Assembly: GCA_965226795.1 (NCBI GenBank)
Contig: CBDDDZ010000005.1
Coordinates: forward strand, 1,792,001 to 1,856,000
Source of the DNA: Candidatus Latescibacterota bacterium
GTDB lineage: Bacteria > Latescibacterota > UBA2968 > GCA-2709665
Length of the DNA: 64,000 nucleotides
Direction: 5' to 3'
In this document: piece by piece, positions 30,076 to 39,711 of the stretch
Position numbering within the stretch: position 1 is the stretch's first letter
Layout: every line of letters begins with the position of its first letter
Notes under the pieces: generated by a model
The model's database searches: none
What the model saw: only the letters and a program-made list of their open reading frames with translations
Told to the model about the DNA's origin: nothing
Program-made: the position numbers and the translations under genes

Positions 30076-31416
30076 TTAAGACGCCTCCCGCTCCTCAGCT
30101 GGCCTCAGGGGTAGTGAAATCAGGAACGTGGTGCCAATTTCCGGTAAACTTTCCTGAACGGAAATCCTGCCCCGGTGATAGTCTTCGATTATGCGTTTGA
30201 CAAATGCCAGCCCCAGCCCCCAACCCCGTTCCTTTGTACTGTAGCCGGGTAGAAATACCTGCTTCAGTAGATGGGGCTGGATCCCTTTGCCATTGTCCCG
30301 CACTCGCACGTCCACCCACTCGCCTTCGGACCTCACCTCCGCTGAAATCTCTATCTTGCCTCCCTTGCCTTCCATTGCGTCCGCGGCATTTTTGAATAGA
30401 TTCTCGAAAGCCCAGCCCAGCAACTGCCGATTCAACGGGACCGGAGGAACTTCGTAGCTCCGCTGCACAATCTGGACCTCCCGGGAGAGTCGACCGCGCA
30501 GATAGGATGCCGTCTCCTCGATTACACGACAAAGGTTTTCCAGACGGAGTTCGGGCGTGGAGCCGATAAGACTGAAACGAGACACGATCTTATTCAACCG
30601 GCTGGTATCCTCCTCCATCGCAACCACGATCTGGTCGAATCGCCCGCGCGTCTCTTCATCAACCGGGCCGGAAGAATGCTCGAGTTCAGTCTTTATCAGT
30701 TCAATCCAACCGTAAAGCGAGGAAAGAGGCGTGCCGAGTTGATGAGCAGTCTCACGTGCCATCCCTACCCAGATTGATCTCTGTTCGCTGTTTTTGATAT
30801 TGCGAAATCCAAGATAGCCGACTCCGACAAAGAGCGCCGTTACACAAAGCGCGACCCACGGCAGCCATGCCAACCGTCGTACCAGCGGTGAATCGCCATA
30901 GTGCAGCACGCGCGGGCCGATCTGAGAAATTTCAAACGAATACGGTGGATTCTCGGTGTCCAGCCGGCGAACGATCCGCTGCATCTGCCTCAAGTCGTCC
31001 TGACTGAGGTCTCTCGGGTTGCCCAGCGGAATTTCTATGGCCTTCCACATATGGGGTTCGCCCCTGGAGCCGGTAATGACCACGGGGAAAGTGGTATTGG
31101 AAATGGTCTGGAAGATAAACTCGACGTCGAGTTCGCTGACAACCACGGTATCCTGGGTGGCCATGCCGTAGAAGAAGGCAAGCCGCTTGATAATGTCGCG
31201 GGAATCCCGACGCATCGGATCCACGACGAAGATCTGCATATACACGAGGAACGCCAGGATAATCACGGTTGCCGCCAGAAACAGATATGCGCCGAGACTG
31301 TGGGAGTTCTGGAGCCCCACCCTCAGACGACCTCCCCGCACTACCGACGTGCCCTGGTTCCCGGTGTACCCGGGTCCACCTGTTCGACCTTTGACATCCT
31401 TTGTTCGAGCGCCCAT
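30076..31416 (-). CDS. Membrane sensor histidine kinase
   Basis: Two TMs; H-box WVGMARETAHQLGTPLSSL, N-box ENLFKNAADA, DNGKG, and FLPGYSTKERGWGLGL. The start may lie further downstream. Confidence 0.93.
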   Translation of the reverse strand: MGARTKDVKGRTGGPGYTGNQGTSVVRGGRLRVGLQNSHSLGAYLFLAATVIILAFLVYMQIFVVDPMRRDSRDIIKRLAFFYGMATQDTVVVSELDVEFIFQTISNTTFPVVITGSRGEPHMWKAIEIPLGNPRDLSQDDLRQMQRIVRRLDTENPPYSFEISQIGPRVLHYGDSPLVRRLAWLPWVALCVTALFVGVGYLGFRNIKNSEQRSIWVGMARETAHQLGTPLSSLYGWIELIKTELEHSSGPVDEETRGRFDQIVVAMEEDTSRLNKIVSRFSLIGSTPELRLENLCRVIEETASYLRGRLSREVQIVQRSYEVPPVPLNRQLLGWAFENLFKNAADAMEGKGGKIEISAEVRSEGEWVDVRVRDNGKGIQPHLLKQVFLPGYSTKERGWGLGLAFVKRIIEDYHRGRISVQESLPEIGTTFLISLPLRPAEEREAS

Positions 31417-31444
31417 CGTTACGGATCCCTTCTCCTACCTCAAC

Positions 31445-31644
31445 GTCCTGGGTCTCCTTAAGTTCCGTACCATCCGCTCAACATCAGCGTTCGAGTCCGT
31501 ACGGCCCCGTCAGTCGACTCCAATTTTCGCGATCCTTCATGATCACCTGCCGGCATCGCTTTTCCGATCCGGCCAAGCGTCGCAAAACGGGCAACGAGGC
31601 GTTCACGCCGGAGTTTTGCGGCGGCCGGAAGACCCGTCCAGGAC
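31445..31644 (-). ncRNA. Candidate structured 5' leader RNA of the HK-porX-tsaE operon
   Basis: The ends pair (GTCCTGG..GTCTT / GAGACCCAGGAC) and enclose two long hairpins; it lies between a promoter and the RBS. No known family was recognised. Confidence 0.3.
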
Positions 31645-31663
31645 TGTATGTCGATACTCAGAA

Positions 31664-31693
31664 AGTATACGCATTTTGCAAGCACCCAGTCAA
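31664..31693 (-). promoter_or_regulatory. Sigma70-type promoter for the HK operon
   Basis: TTGACT-18 nt-TATACT on the minus strand. Confidence 0.6.
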
Positions 31694-31708
31694 CCAAAGA
31701 AAAACCGT

Positions 31709-31737
31709 TTGCAAAATATGTTTCATTTTTATATATT
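31709..31737 (+). promoter_or_regulatory. Sigma70-type promoter for rpsU
   Basis: TTGCAA-17 nt-TATATT. Confidence 0.55.
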
Positions 31738-31864
31738 TATGGCCATCAATTCCGGGAAGACGAGGCATGCTTTCAAGAAACCGGAATGGCGTTCGGTCGT
31801 CAACTTCCATTGGTCTTGAGCATGGCTTGTTTCTGCAGGAAACGGAAAGGGGGGAGTCCAGCTT

Positions 31865-32062
31865 ATGGCCAGGGTTGTGGTGAGAGATGACGAGCCATTT
31901 GAAAAAGCGCTGAAAAGGTTTAAGAAAATCTGCGAAAAAGCAGGAATAATGACCGAGATGAAAAAGCATCAGCATTTCGAAAAACCCAGCGAGCGCCGTA
32001 AACGAAAAATTGCCGCGGCAAAGCGCAAACGCCTGAAGTTCGAAACGCGATTCAACCAATAA
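31865..32062 (+). CDS. rpsU: 30S ribosomal protein S21
   Basis: [43 protein letters not shown]. Confidence 0.97.
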   Translation: MARVVVRDDEPFEKALKRFKKICEKAGIMTEMKKHQHFEKPSERRKRKIAAAKRKRLKFETRFNQ

Positions 32063-32087
32063 AACAAATATAGTGAGTATGGCAACG

Positions 32088-32128
32088 ACAACCGCACCGA
32101 TTCGCCTTCGGATGCGGTTGTATTTTTT
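32088..32128 (+). terminator. Intrinsic terminator after rpsU
   Basis: ACAACCGCACCGA/TCGGATGCGGTTGT stem followed by ATTTTTT. Confidence 0.75.
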
Positions 32129-32211
32129 GCGCTTCGTCGTTGAGGGGGACCGCCTGAATCAATGACGTCGAGGTTCCCCCATGTCTCCATCTGAGTCTGA
32201 GGGAGGACCGA

Positions 32212-32880
32212 ATGAACATAGTCGATCTGATCTTGGTGATCGGGCTCTGCTGGATGGTTTTCAGAGGGTGCCGCATCGGACTGGTCCGCGGCCTGGTCGG
32301 TCTGGTCAGTTTTATTCTGGCTTACGGACTCGGCCTCGCATACGGCGGCGTGGTCTCGGAGTGGATTTCGGGTCAGAACGCTGGCCATGGCCCCGCGATG
32401 CTGGGTTTTGTCTGCGTATTCTTCTCGACGTTAATTGCGTGTTACCTTTTTGGACGCATGCTTCAGGCGATGCTGAAAGCCACCCCCCTCGGCGTCGTGG
32501 ACACGCTTTGCGGCGGGGTATTCGGCATGGCGCAGGGGGTACTCCTGCTGGGATTACTGATCCTGTTGCTGCGGGCTTATCCCCCTCACCCAAGGGTGAA
32601 GGTGTACATTGACGACGCGCGGTTAACGCGTCAGGTACAGCAGGCGTGTCTGGTCTTGATGGATGTCTTCAAGGCCGGCGTTCCACGAGCGTCGGAACTC
32701 TACAAATACCTCGAACCGGAGAAACAGAAGTCATCGATCCATCCATTTGTAGACAGTATGACCCGGGGAACCGGAAAAGCACGCGCCAAATTGAAGGGAC
32801 TCATCGAAGAATCTCAAGGGAAAGAAACACCGACGTCCGGGAATCCCCAACCGACCTCATCTACCGGCAACCAGGATTAA
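32212..32880 (+). CDS. cvpA: CvpA family membrane protein
   Basis: MNIVDLIL..G.R.GLVR, VDTLCGGVFG..QG; upstream of mutS2. Confidence 0.85.
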   Translation: MNIVDLILVIGLCWMVFRGCRIGLVRGLVGLVSFILAYGLGLAYGGVVSEWISGQNAGHGPAMLGFVCVFFSTLIACYLFGRMLQAMLKATPLGVVDTLCGGVFGMAQGVLLLGLLILLLRAYPPHPRVKVYIDDARLTRQVQQACLVLMDVFKAGVPRASELYKYLEPEKQKSSIHPFVDSMTRGTGKARAKLKGLIEESQGKETPTSGNPQPTSSTGNQD

Positions 32881-32953
32881 TGGAACCCGGTGCTGATGCG
32901 GGGTTTATTCGCGCAGGAAAATCTCATGGATTTTCCTATCGATTCACGACCTT

Positions 32954-35326
32954 ATGACCCTACCACCCAAAACCCTCCAGACGCTCGAATTCAATAAGAT
33001 TCTCGACCTCATCGCGAAACGCACCGTTTCCGATCCAGGGCGAGACAGAGTCGAAAGCCTCGCTCCGGCAGACGATCCCGAACGCATTGAAGCCCGACTC
33101 CGCCCGGTGCTCGAAGCCATGGACCTGATCGGGTATGACGACCCCCTTCCAATCGGACGCATGCCCGATATTCGCGCGGCGACTCGCACCGCCGCCGTAC
33201 CGGGTACGACACTCACCATCGGCGAACTGATCCAGATTGACGAAATTGCGCGGATGTCTCGCCGCCTTCTGGGATATTTCCTCAAACGGAAGGCGAAATA
33301 TCCCCGACTCCAGGCGCTCGTGTCCGGGTTGTCCGAGCACCCCGAGCTGGAAGCACGTATTCACCGTTCCATCGATCCCTCGACGGAAACCGTCAAGGAT
33401 TCCGCCAGCACCGAATTGAGGCGGGTCCGACGCAGCCTGGAACAAACCCGATCGGGCATCCGCAGTTCCGTTGAGGGCATCCTGAACCGGCTCCCCGACA
33501 CAGTCGTGCAGGAGCGGCTGATCACCATCCGGAACGGCCGCTTCGTCATACCGGTACGGGAAAATCGGAAACACCGGCTGGAAGGCCTGGTGCATGATCA
33601 ATCGGCCAGCGGCGCCACACTCTTTGTTGAACCCATGGCCACACTGGCGCTCAACAACCGGCTTCGGCAATTCGAACTGGCCGAGCAACAGGAGGTGAAA
33701 CGCATCCTCCGCGAACTTACCGGGAGCGTTTCCGAAATCAGCGACAGCCTGCTTGAGAATCTGCGTATTCTGGGGAAATTCGATGCGGTGTACGCGATGG
33801 CCGACTTTTCACGCGAACTGAAATGCAGCGAGCCGATTTTCAACCTGGACGGACACCTCGAACTCCACGACGCCCGGCATCCCCTTCTGGTCTACCGCCT
33901 GCGCGGTGAGAACCGGCCTGATTCCATTGTCCCGTTTAGCCTTACAATGGGAGTCGATGACATTCGCACCCTCGTCCTGACCGGCCCGAACGCCGGTGGC
34001 AAGACGGTAGCCCTCAAAACGGTCGGATTGCTTGCGCTGATGGCTCAGGCCGGCTTGCCCGTGCCGACCGCGGAACATTCGCAGTTTCCCATATTCACCG
34101 GTGTTTTTGCAGATATCGGCGATGCACAGTCCATCGAGAACGATCTCAGCACCTTTTCGTCCCATGTGGCGAATCTGGTTGAGGTCGCCAACCATGCCCA
34201 AGCCCGGTCGCTTGTCCTTCTCGACGAAGTTGGCGCCAGCACCGACCCCGACCAGGGCTCGGCCCTGGCGATGGCGCTCCTGAATAGGCTCACTGAACGG
34301 GGCTGTCTGACCGTCGCCACCACCCATCACGGCACGCTCAAAGCCTTTGCGCACCGCACGGACGGTATGGCCAACGGCTCCATGGCCTTCGATGCGGATA
34401 CGCTGACCCCCACCTTTCAGCTTCGTCTTAACACGCCCGGCAGCAGCTATGCCTTCGAAATCGCCCGCCGGCTTAAGATGCCATCCAACATTGTGGACGA
34501 AGCCGAGCGTATTGCGGGCAGCGATATCGGCCGTCTGGAAGCCCTCATCGCGGATCTTGACGACACCTACCAGCACTATAACGAAGAACTGGAACGGGCC
34601 CAATCCAACCGACGTAAAATGGAAGGCCTGAAAGCGGAATACAATAGTCGCCTTAAGGAAGTGGAACAGCGGGAGCGGGCGCTCAAACGTGGCGCGGAGG
34701 AAGACGCCCGACGCATTCTGGACGGCGCCAATGCCCTCATCGAACGCACCGTTTCCGAACTTAGACAGAGCAACGCCGACAGTAACGCCATCAAGAAAGC
34801 CCGGGCGGAGGTCCGGCAAGCCCGGCGGGAATTGGCGGACACAGGCGAAGGACCCGATGCGCCCCTGCCCGCACTCGAACCCGGTTGCCGGGTGCGGGTG
34901 CGGAGCCTCGGAAAAGAGGGGATCGTGGCGGCCGGCCGGATTGAGGGATCCCGCGTGTCTGTTGAAGTCGGCAACGTGCGGCTTCAGGTGCGGCGGTCGG
35001 ACCTCGAACTGCTGGAATCCGCCAAAGAGAAGTCTTCAGGAGCCGCCAGAATCGGTTTCGCCGCGCGCGATTCCGTTGCAGCCGAGGTGAATTTGAGAGG
35101 AATGACCGTCGATGAGGCGGTGGAAACGGTCGACAAATACATCGACGAACTCTACCTGGCCGGAATGGAGCACGCGGCGGTGATCCATGGAAAGGGCACG
35201 GGCGCCCTGCGAAGGGCTATTGGCGCCCACCTCCAGAGCCACGAATTCATCAAATCTCAGCGCCTGGGACTGCACAACGAGGGCGGCGCCGGTGTCACGG
35301 TCATCACGCTGGCATTGGACCCGTAA
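32954..35326 (+). CDS. mutS2: MutS2 (ATPase, coiled coil, KOW, Smr)
   Basis: LEFNKI, HDQSASGATLFVEP, TGPNAGGKT, DIGDAQSIENDLSTFSSH, LLDEVG and Smr NLRGMT..IHGKGTGALR. Confidence 0.96.
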   Translation: MTLPPKTLQTLEFNKILDLIAKRTVSDPGRDRVESLAPADDPERIEARLRPVLEAMDLIGYDDPLPIGRMPDIRAATRTAAVPGTTLTIGELIQIDEIARMSRRLLGYFLKRKAKYPRLQALVSGLSEHPELEARIHRSIDPSTETVKDSASTELRRVRRSLEQTRSGIRSSVEGILNRLPDTVVQERLITIRNGRFVIPVRENRKHRLEGLVHDQSASGATLFVEPMATLALNNRLRQFELAEQQEVKRILRELTGSVSEISDSLLENLRILGKFDAVYAMADFSRELKCSEPIFNLDGHLELHDARHPLLVYRLRGENRPDSIVPFSLTMGVDDIRTLVLTGPNAGGKTVALKTVGLLALMAQAGLPVPTAEHSQFPIFTGVFADIGDAQSIENDLSTFSSHVANLVEVANHAQARSLVLLDEVGASTDPDQGSALAMALLNRLTERGCLTVATTHHGTLKAFAHRTDGMANGSMAFDADTLTPTFQLRLNTPGSSYAFEIARRLKMPSNIVDEAERIAGSDIGRLEALIADLDDTYQHYNEELERAQSNRRKMEGLKAEYNSRLKEVEQRERALKRGAEEDARRILDGANALIERTVSELRQSNADSNAIKKARAEVRQARRELADTGEGPDAPLPALEPGCRVRVRSLGKEGIVAAGRIEGSRVSVEVGNVRLQVRRSDLELLESAKEKSSGAARIGFAARDSVAAEVNLRGMTVDEAVETVDKYIDELYLAGMEHAAVIHGKGTGALRRAIGAHLQSHEFIKSQRLGLHNEGGAGVTVITLALDP

Positions 35327-35536
35327 AGACGGGTATAGCTTCCCATCGGAAAACACACATAGCCGATTCCCGCTTTCTCCGCGGGTCTCAGGCAACGCGT
35401 ACCCCTCTCCTATTGGTTCACTGCAGGCGTTCGCCCGATTCGCTGAACACGCGCCCCTTCCCCGCGCACGTATCCTTCTCCAAACGCCGGGATTCCCACC
35501 GCGTTCGGTGGTATACGTTTACTACGTTGGCGCCGA

Positions 35537-35565
35537 TTGACACGTCGTCCGGTTTCCTCTATATT
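35537..35565 (+). promoter_or_regulatory. Sigma70-type promoter for ispG
   Basis: TTGACA-17 nt-TATATT. Confidence 0.7.
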
Positions 35566-35622
35566 AGAACCGAGTCGGATATAATAACCCCTCCTTTCCG
35601 CCTATAACATACATACTGCCCG

Positions 35623-37563
35623 ATGCTGATTACCGACCTGCAGACCGATCATCGAGAATACTGCAACAGCCTCACCGAGTACAGCCGTTACCGGACGCGG
35701 GAAGTGGGCATAGGCGGCATTCCCCTTGGCGGCGACAATCCCATCCGCATACAGTCCATGACGACGACGGATACGATGGATACGCTCGCCACGGTTGAAC
35801 AGTCCATCCGGATCATCGAAGCGGGAGCGGACTACGTGCGCATCACGGCGCCGAGCCAGAACGAGGCGCGCAATCTGGAAGCCATCAGGAATGAACTCCG
35901 GGCAAGGGGGTATGAGGCCCCGTTGATCGCCGACATTCACTACACGCCCAACGCGGCTGAGATCGCCGCCCGGATTGTCGAGAAGGTGAGGGTCAATCCC
36001 GGCAACTACGCGGACAAGAAAAAATTCCAGATTGTTGAATACACCGACGCGCAATACGCGGCCGAGATTGAACGCATTCGAGAAAAATTCACGCCACTGG
36101 TGAATGTATGCAAAGAATACGGCACGGCCATGCGCATCGGGGCCAACCACGGTTCCCTGTCGGACCGCATCATGAGCCGGTTCGGCGATACGCCATTGGG
36201 GATGGTCGAATCGGCACTGGAATTCGCACGTATCTGTGCCGATCTGGACTACCACGAAATCGTCCTGTCCATGAAAGCCAGCAACACCAAGGTCATGATC
36301 CAGGCCTACCGCCTTCTGGTGAACTGCATGGATGCGGAGGGTTTCAACTATCCGCTTCACCTGGGCGTCACGGAGGCCGGCGAAGGCGAAGACGGCCGCA
36401 TCAAGTCCGCCATCGGCATCGGCGCACTTCTGGAAGACGGTCTGGGCGACACCGTTCGCGTCTCTCTAACCGAAGAACCCGAAGCCGAGATCCCCGTCTG
36501 TATCCGCCTGGTCGAACGATACACCACCAGGCCGGGGCACCCGCCGATCCCCCCGATCGCACGAAACCCGATTGACCCGTACTCCTATACCCGGCGGCAT
36601 ACCCGGCAAGTGGACCGGCTGGGCGGCGAGAATGTGCCGGTCGTGATCCTTACCCCCCAGGAACTGGCCTCTCCTGCGTGCCTGTCCACCATCGGCTACC
36701 AGTACGACGCCGGGCTGGACAAATGGAATATCGCGGACATGGCGCCGGACTTCATCTATCTGGGCAAACGGGACATCGATTTCGGCCTTCCGGGTACCCT
36801 CGGCAAGATCTTGGATTGCGGCGCCTGGCGCGCCAACCCCGAGGCGTCGAACGCCTATCCGCTGTTCGATCTGACCAACTTCCAGGACGTCCCATACCGC
36901 TCTGAACGACTCAATTTCGTCCTCGCCGAACCCGATGACCTCGACGCAGGCGCACTGGATACGCTGCAGCATGCCGCCAATTGCGTGCTCATCCTGCTGA
37001 CCGATAATCCGCACGCCATGCCTGATCTGCGCCGGATCATGGCTGAATTTCTGGAAAGTGACATTCGGATTCCCGTCGTCTTCAAACGTGAATACCAGGA
37101 CATCGACGACGACGCGCTCATACTACACGGCGCCATCGATACCGGCGGGCTGCTCGCCGACGGCCTTGGCGACGGTATCTGGCTGGCATCGACCGACGCC
37201 GATCCCGGGAACCTCAATCGTCTTTCGTTCGGTATCCTGCAGGCAACGCGCACGCGCATCTCGAAAACCGAGTATATCTCCTGCCCTTCTTGCGGACGCA
37301 CCCTCTTCGACCTGCAGGAAACCACCGCCCTGATTCGCGGACGCACCGACCATCTGAAGGGCGTCAAGATCGGCATAATGGGGTGCATCGTTAACGGCCC
37401 CGGTGAAATGGCCGACGCGGACTACGGCTATGTCGGCAGCGGTCCGGGTCAGATCACGCTTTATCGTGGGAAGGAGATCGTCAGGCGTAACGTCCCCACT
37501 GCCGTTGCCGTCGATGAACTGATCGAACTGATCAGGGTAGACGACCGGTGGGTGGATGCCTGA
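35623..37563 (+). CDS. ispG: HMBPP synthase IspG, long three-domain form
   Basis: IRIQSMTTTDT, ADIHY, RVNPGN, HLGVTEAG, ISCPSCGRT and MGCIVNGPGE. Confidence 0.97.
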   Translation: MLITDLQTDHREYCNSLTEYSRYRTREVGIGGIPLGGDNPIRIQSMTTTDTMDTLATVEQSIRIIEAGADYVRITAPSQNEARNLEAIRNELRARGYEAPLIADIHYTPNAAEIAARIVEKVRVNPGNYADKKKFQIVEYTDAQYAAEIERIREKFTPLVNVCKEYGTAMRIGANHGSLSDRIMSRFGDTPLGMVESALEFARICADLDYHEIVLSMKASNTKVMIQAYRLLVNCMDAEGFNYPLHLGVTEAGEGEDGRIKSAIGIGALLEDGLGDTVRVSLTEEPEAEIPVCIRLVERYTTRPGHPPIPPIARNPIDPYSYTRRHTRQVDRLGGENVPVVILTPQELASPACLSTIGYQYDAGLDKWNIADMAPDFIYLGKRDIDFGLPGTLGKILDCGAWRANPEASNAYPLFDLTNFQDVPYRSERLNFVLAEPDDLDAGALDTLQHAANCVLILLTDNPHAMPDLRRIMAEFLESDIRIPVVFKREYQDIDDDALILHGAIDTGGLLADGLGDGIWLASTDADPGNLNRLSFGILQATRTRISKTEYISCPSCGRTLFDLQETTALIRGRTDHLKGVKIGIMGCIVNGPGEMADADYGYVGSGPGQITLYRGKEIVRRNVPTAVAVDELIELIRVDDRWVDA

Positions 37564-37682
37564 ATGCCGGTTGCGCCAGCCCTGACGATCGACATTCCTT
37601 CCGGCCTGTGTTTGCGCAAGGTTTATCGCGTTGGCGTTTCCGCAACGCTGTTTTTGTTTCAGTCCGACTGGTAAACCCCGTC

Positions 37683-39497
37683 ATGTCCCGTATACCTGAA
37701 GATACCGTCGAACAGATCCGCAACTCGGTGGATATCGTCGACGTTATTTCCGAATTTGTCGCGCTCAGCAAACGGGGCAAGAGTTATCTGGGCCTCTGCC
37801 CGTTTCACGACGACCGGACGCCCTCACTGAACGTCTCTCAGGTGAAACAGATCTACAAGTGTTTCTCCTGCGGCGCGGGAGGTAATGCGTTTAGATTCCT
37901 GATGGATCTCGAACGCATCAGTTTCATCGAATCCGTGCGCAAACTCGCAGATCAGGTCGGCATCGTACTGCCGGAATTCGAGGCCAGGAACCCTGCCGAA
38001 AAGGACACCAACGACGAGGCCTACAGGACGGTCGAATTCGCGCAGAAGTACTTCCGCCACATGCTGATGCGCCACCCGTCCGGCGAGGGCGCTCGCGATT
38101 ACCTCATCGGCCGCGGCGTCTCCGAAGCCACAATGGATGCCTTCTCGCTGGGGTACGCCACCAAAACCTGGGACGGCCTGCTCAACGCGGCCGGCAGGCG
38201 CGGTTTCAGCGCACAGATGCTCGAACGGGCCGGACTTGTTACGCACCGCGGGGACGGCCGATACTACGACCGCTTTCGCGACCGCGTGATCTTTCCCATC
38301 GAATCGCACACGGGCCGGACCGTCGCTTTCGGCGCCCGCGCCCTCGATCCGGAGCAACAACCCAAATACCTGAACTCTCCAGAGACCCCCATCTACAACA
38401 AGAGCGCCACGCTTTACGGTCTCTGGAAAGACCGGGACCCGATCCGTTCAACCAGGACGGCGGTTGTCGTCGAAGGCTATATGGACCTCGTCGCCCTGGC
38501 ACAATTCGATATCCGAAATGTTGTCGCCTCGTCCGGAACCGCGCTCACTCCGGAACATGCTCGTCTGCTCAAGCGGTACGCCGACCTAGCCGTCCTTGTA
38601 TTCGACGGCGACGCGGCGGGTACCGCCGCTACCGTGCGCGGCGTAGGCGCCCTGGTGGAATCCGGGCTGGAAATCCGCGTGGTCACGCTCGACGGCGATG
38701 AGGATCCGGACAGCTTCGTCCGACAGCGGGGTTCGGTGGCCTTTGACGAACTGATCGAAACCGCCGCGCCAATAATGGATTTTCTCTTCGAATGGGTGCG
38801 GTCGCGGGAAGACCTGTCCACGTCGGACGGCAAGACCCGTGCCGTTGAAACCATTTCGGAATTCGTCGCACGCGAGAAGGACAGCACCCGAAGGCGTTTT
38901 CTGACTCAGGAAATCGCGGAGAAACTGGGGGTCGACGAAGCCATCGTCATCCAGTCGGTCCAGCGCGCGGCACGTTTCGGAACGGGCAGACGCTCGGCAG
39001 ACGCGACAGAGACAATATCCGAGTCCGGGTCTTTCGATCCCCGCCCTCGAATGGAACGGGAACTGATTACGATGATGATGGCGGACGATCGCACGGCCGA
39101 TACGGTGCTTGCGCAGATTGACGGCCGCCACTTTAGCAACAGTGTGTACCGTCGGATCGCGGGGATGATCGGGGCGGCGCGGAAGGAGGGTCGGACCGCG
39201 GCTGCCGCCTCGCTGCTGAATCAGTGCGAGGACGCCGGCCTGGCCAATATCGTATCCGCGCTATCGATGGAAACCGGCATTCTCAACCCGGAGGCGCAGG
39301 TCCCGCTGCAGGATTATCTCACAAGAATGCAGCTCAAGGCCCTGGACGCACGCATCGACGCCCTGGAGGCGCAACTTCGAACAGCCGGCGCCGGGACGGA
39401 TCCGATCGCGTTGATGGACGAACACAAGGAACTGACCCGACAACGCAAAACGTTGTTCGCCGCTCAGCGCGGACAAACCGAAACGGCGCCGCGTTGA
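37683..39497 (+). CDS. dnaG: DNA primase
   Basis: Zn finger CPFH..TPS..CFSC, DRFRDRVIFPI, KYLNSPET, and TOPRIM VEGYMD..FDGDAAG..DPD. Confidence 0.97.
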   Translation: MSRIPEDTVEQIRNSVDIVDVISEFVALSKRGKSYLGLCPFHDDRTPSLNVSQVKQIYKCFSCGAGGNAFRFLMDLERISFIESVRKLADQVGIVLPEFEARNPAEKDTNDEAYRTVEFAQKYFRHMLMRHPSGEGARDYLIGRGVSEATMDAFSLGYATKTWDGLLNAAGRRGFSAQMLERAGLVTHRGDGRYYDRFRDRVIFPIESHTGRTVAFGARALDPEQQPKYLNSPETPIYNKSATLYGLWKDRDPIRSTRTAVVVEGYMDLVALAQFDIRNVVASSGTALTPEHARLLKRYADLAVLVFDGDAAGTAATVRGVGALVESGLEIRVVTLDGDEDPDSFVRQRGSVAFDELIETAAPIMDFLFEWVRSREDLSTSDGKTRAVETISEFVAREKDSTRRRFLTQEIAEKLGVDEAIVIQSVQRAARFGTGRRSADATETISESGSFDPRPRMERELITMMMADDRTADTVLAQIDGRHFSNSVYRRIAGMIGAARKEGRTAAAASLLNQCEDAGLANIVSALSMETGILNPEAQVPLQDYLTRMQLKALDARIDALEAQLRTAGAGTDPIALMDEHKELTRQRKTLFAAQRGQTETAPR

Positions 39498-39547
39498 CCA
39501 CAAAAAGCTTGTCCTTTCCGCAAGATCACGTAAATTTCCCAGTTACC

Positions 39548-39624
39548 GGGCCCTTAGCTCAGTTGGATAGAGCGGCGGACTCATAATCCGTTGGTCGCAG
39601 GTTCGAGTCCTGCAGGGCCCACCA
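39548..39624 (+). tRNA. tRNA-Ile2 (CAU, lysidine-modified)
   Basis: Cloverleaf GGGCCCT..GCGGA-CTCATAA-TCCGT..GGTTCGAGTCC..AGGGCCC-ACCA. It has a paired G1-C72 and closely resembles the ileX type. Confidence 0.9.
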
Positions 39625-39631
39625 GAACACC

Positions 39632-39668
39632 AAAGAGGGAGTCCGAGAATCCATCGGCTCCCTCTTTA
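39632..39668. terminator. Hairpin terminator between the tRNA and the convergent islet
   Basis: AAGAGGGAGTCCGA / TCGGCTCCCTCTTT inverted repeat. Confidence 0.65.
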
Positions 39669-39711
39669 ATATTTGGGGCGAAAATACCTGACTTGACGGC
39701 GCTTTCTCTGG

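Noticed and set aside
39548..39624. tRNA-Met (initiator or elongator) call from the CAT anticodon
   Set aside because: It has a paired 1-72 position and no GGG/CCC anticodon stem, so it is not an initiator. The overall sequence resembles Ile2 more than elongator Met.
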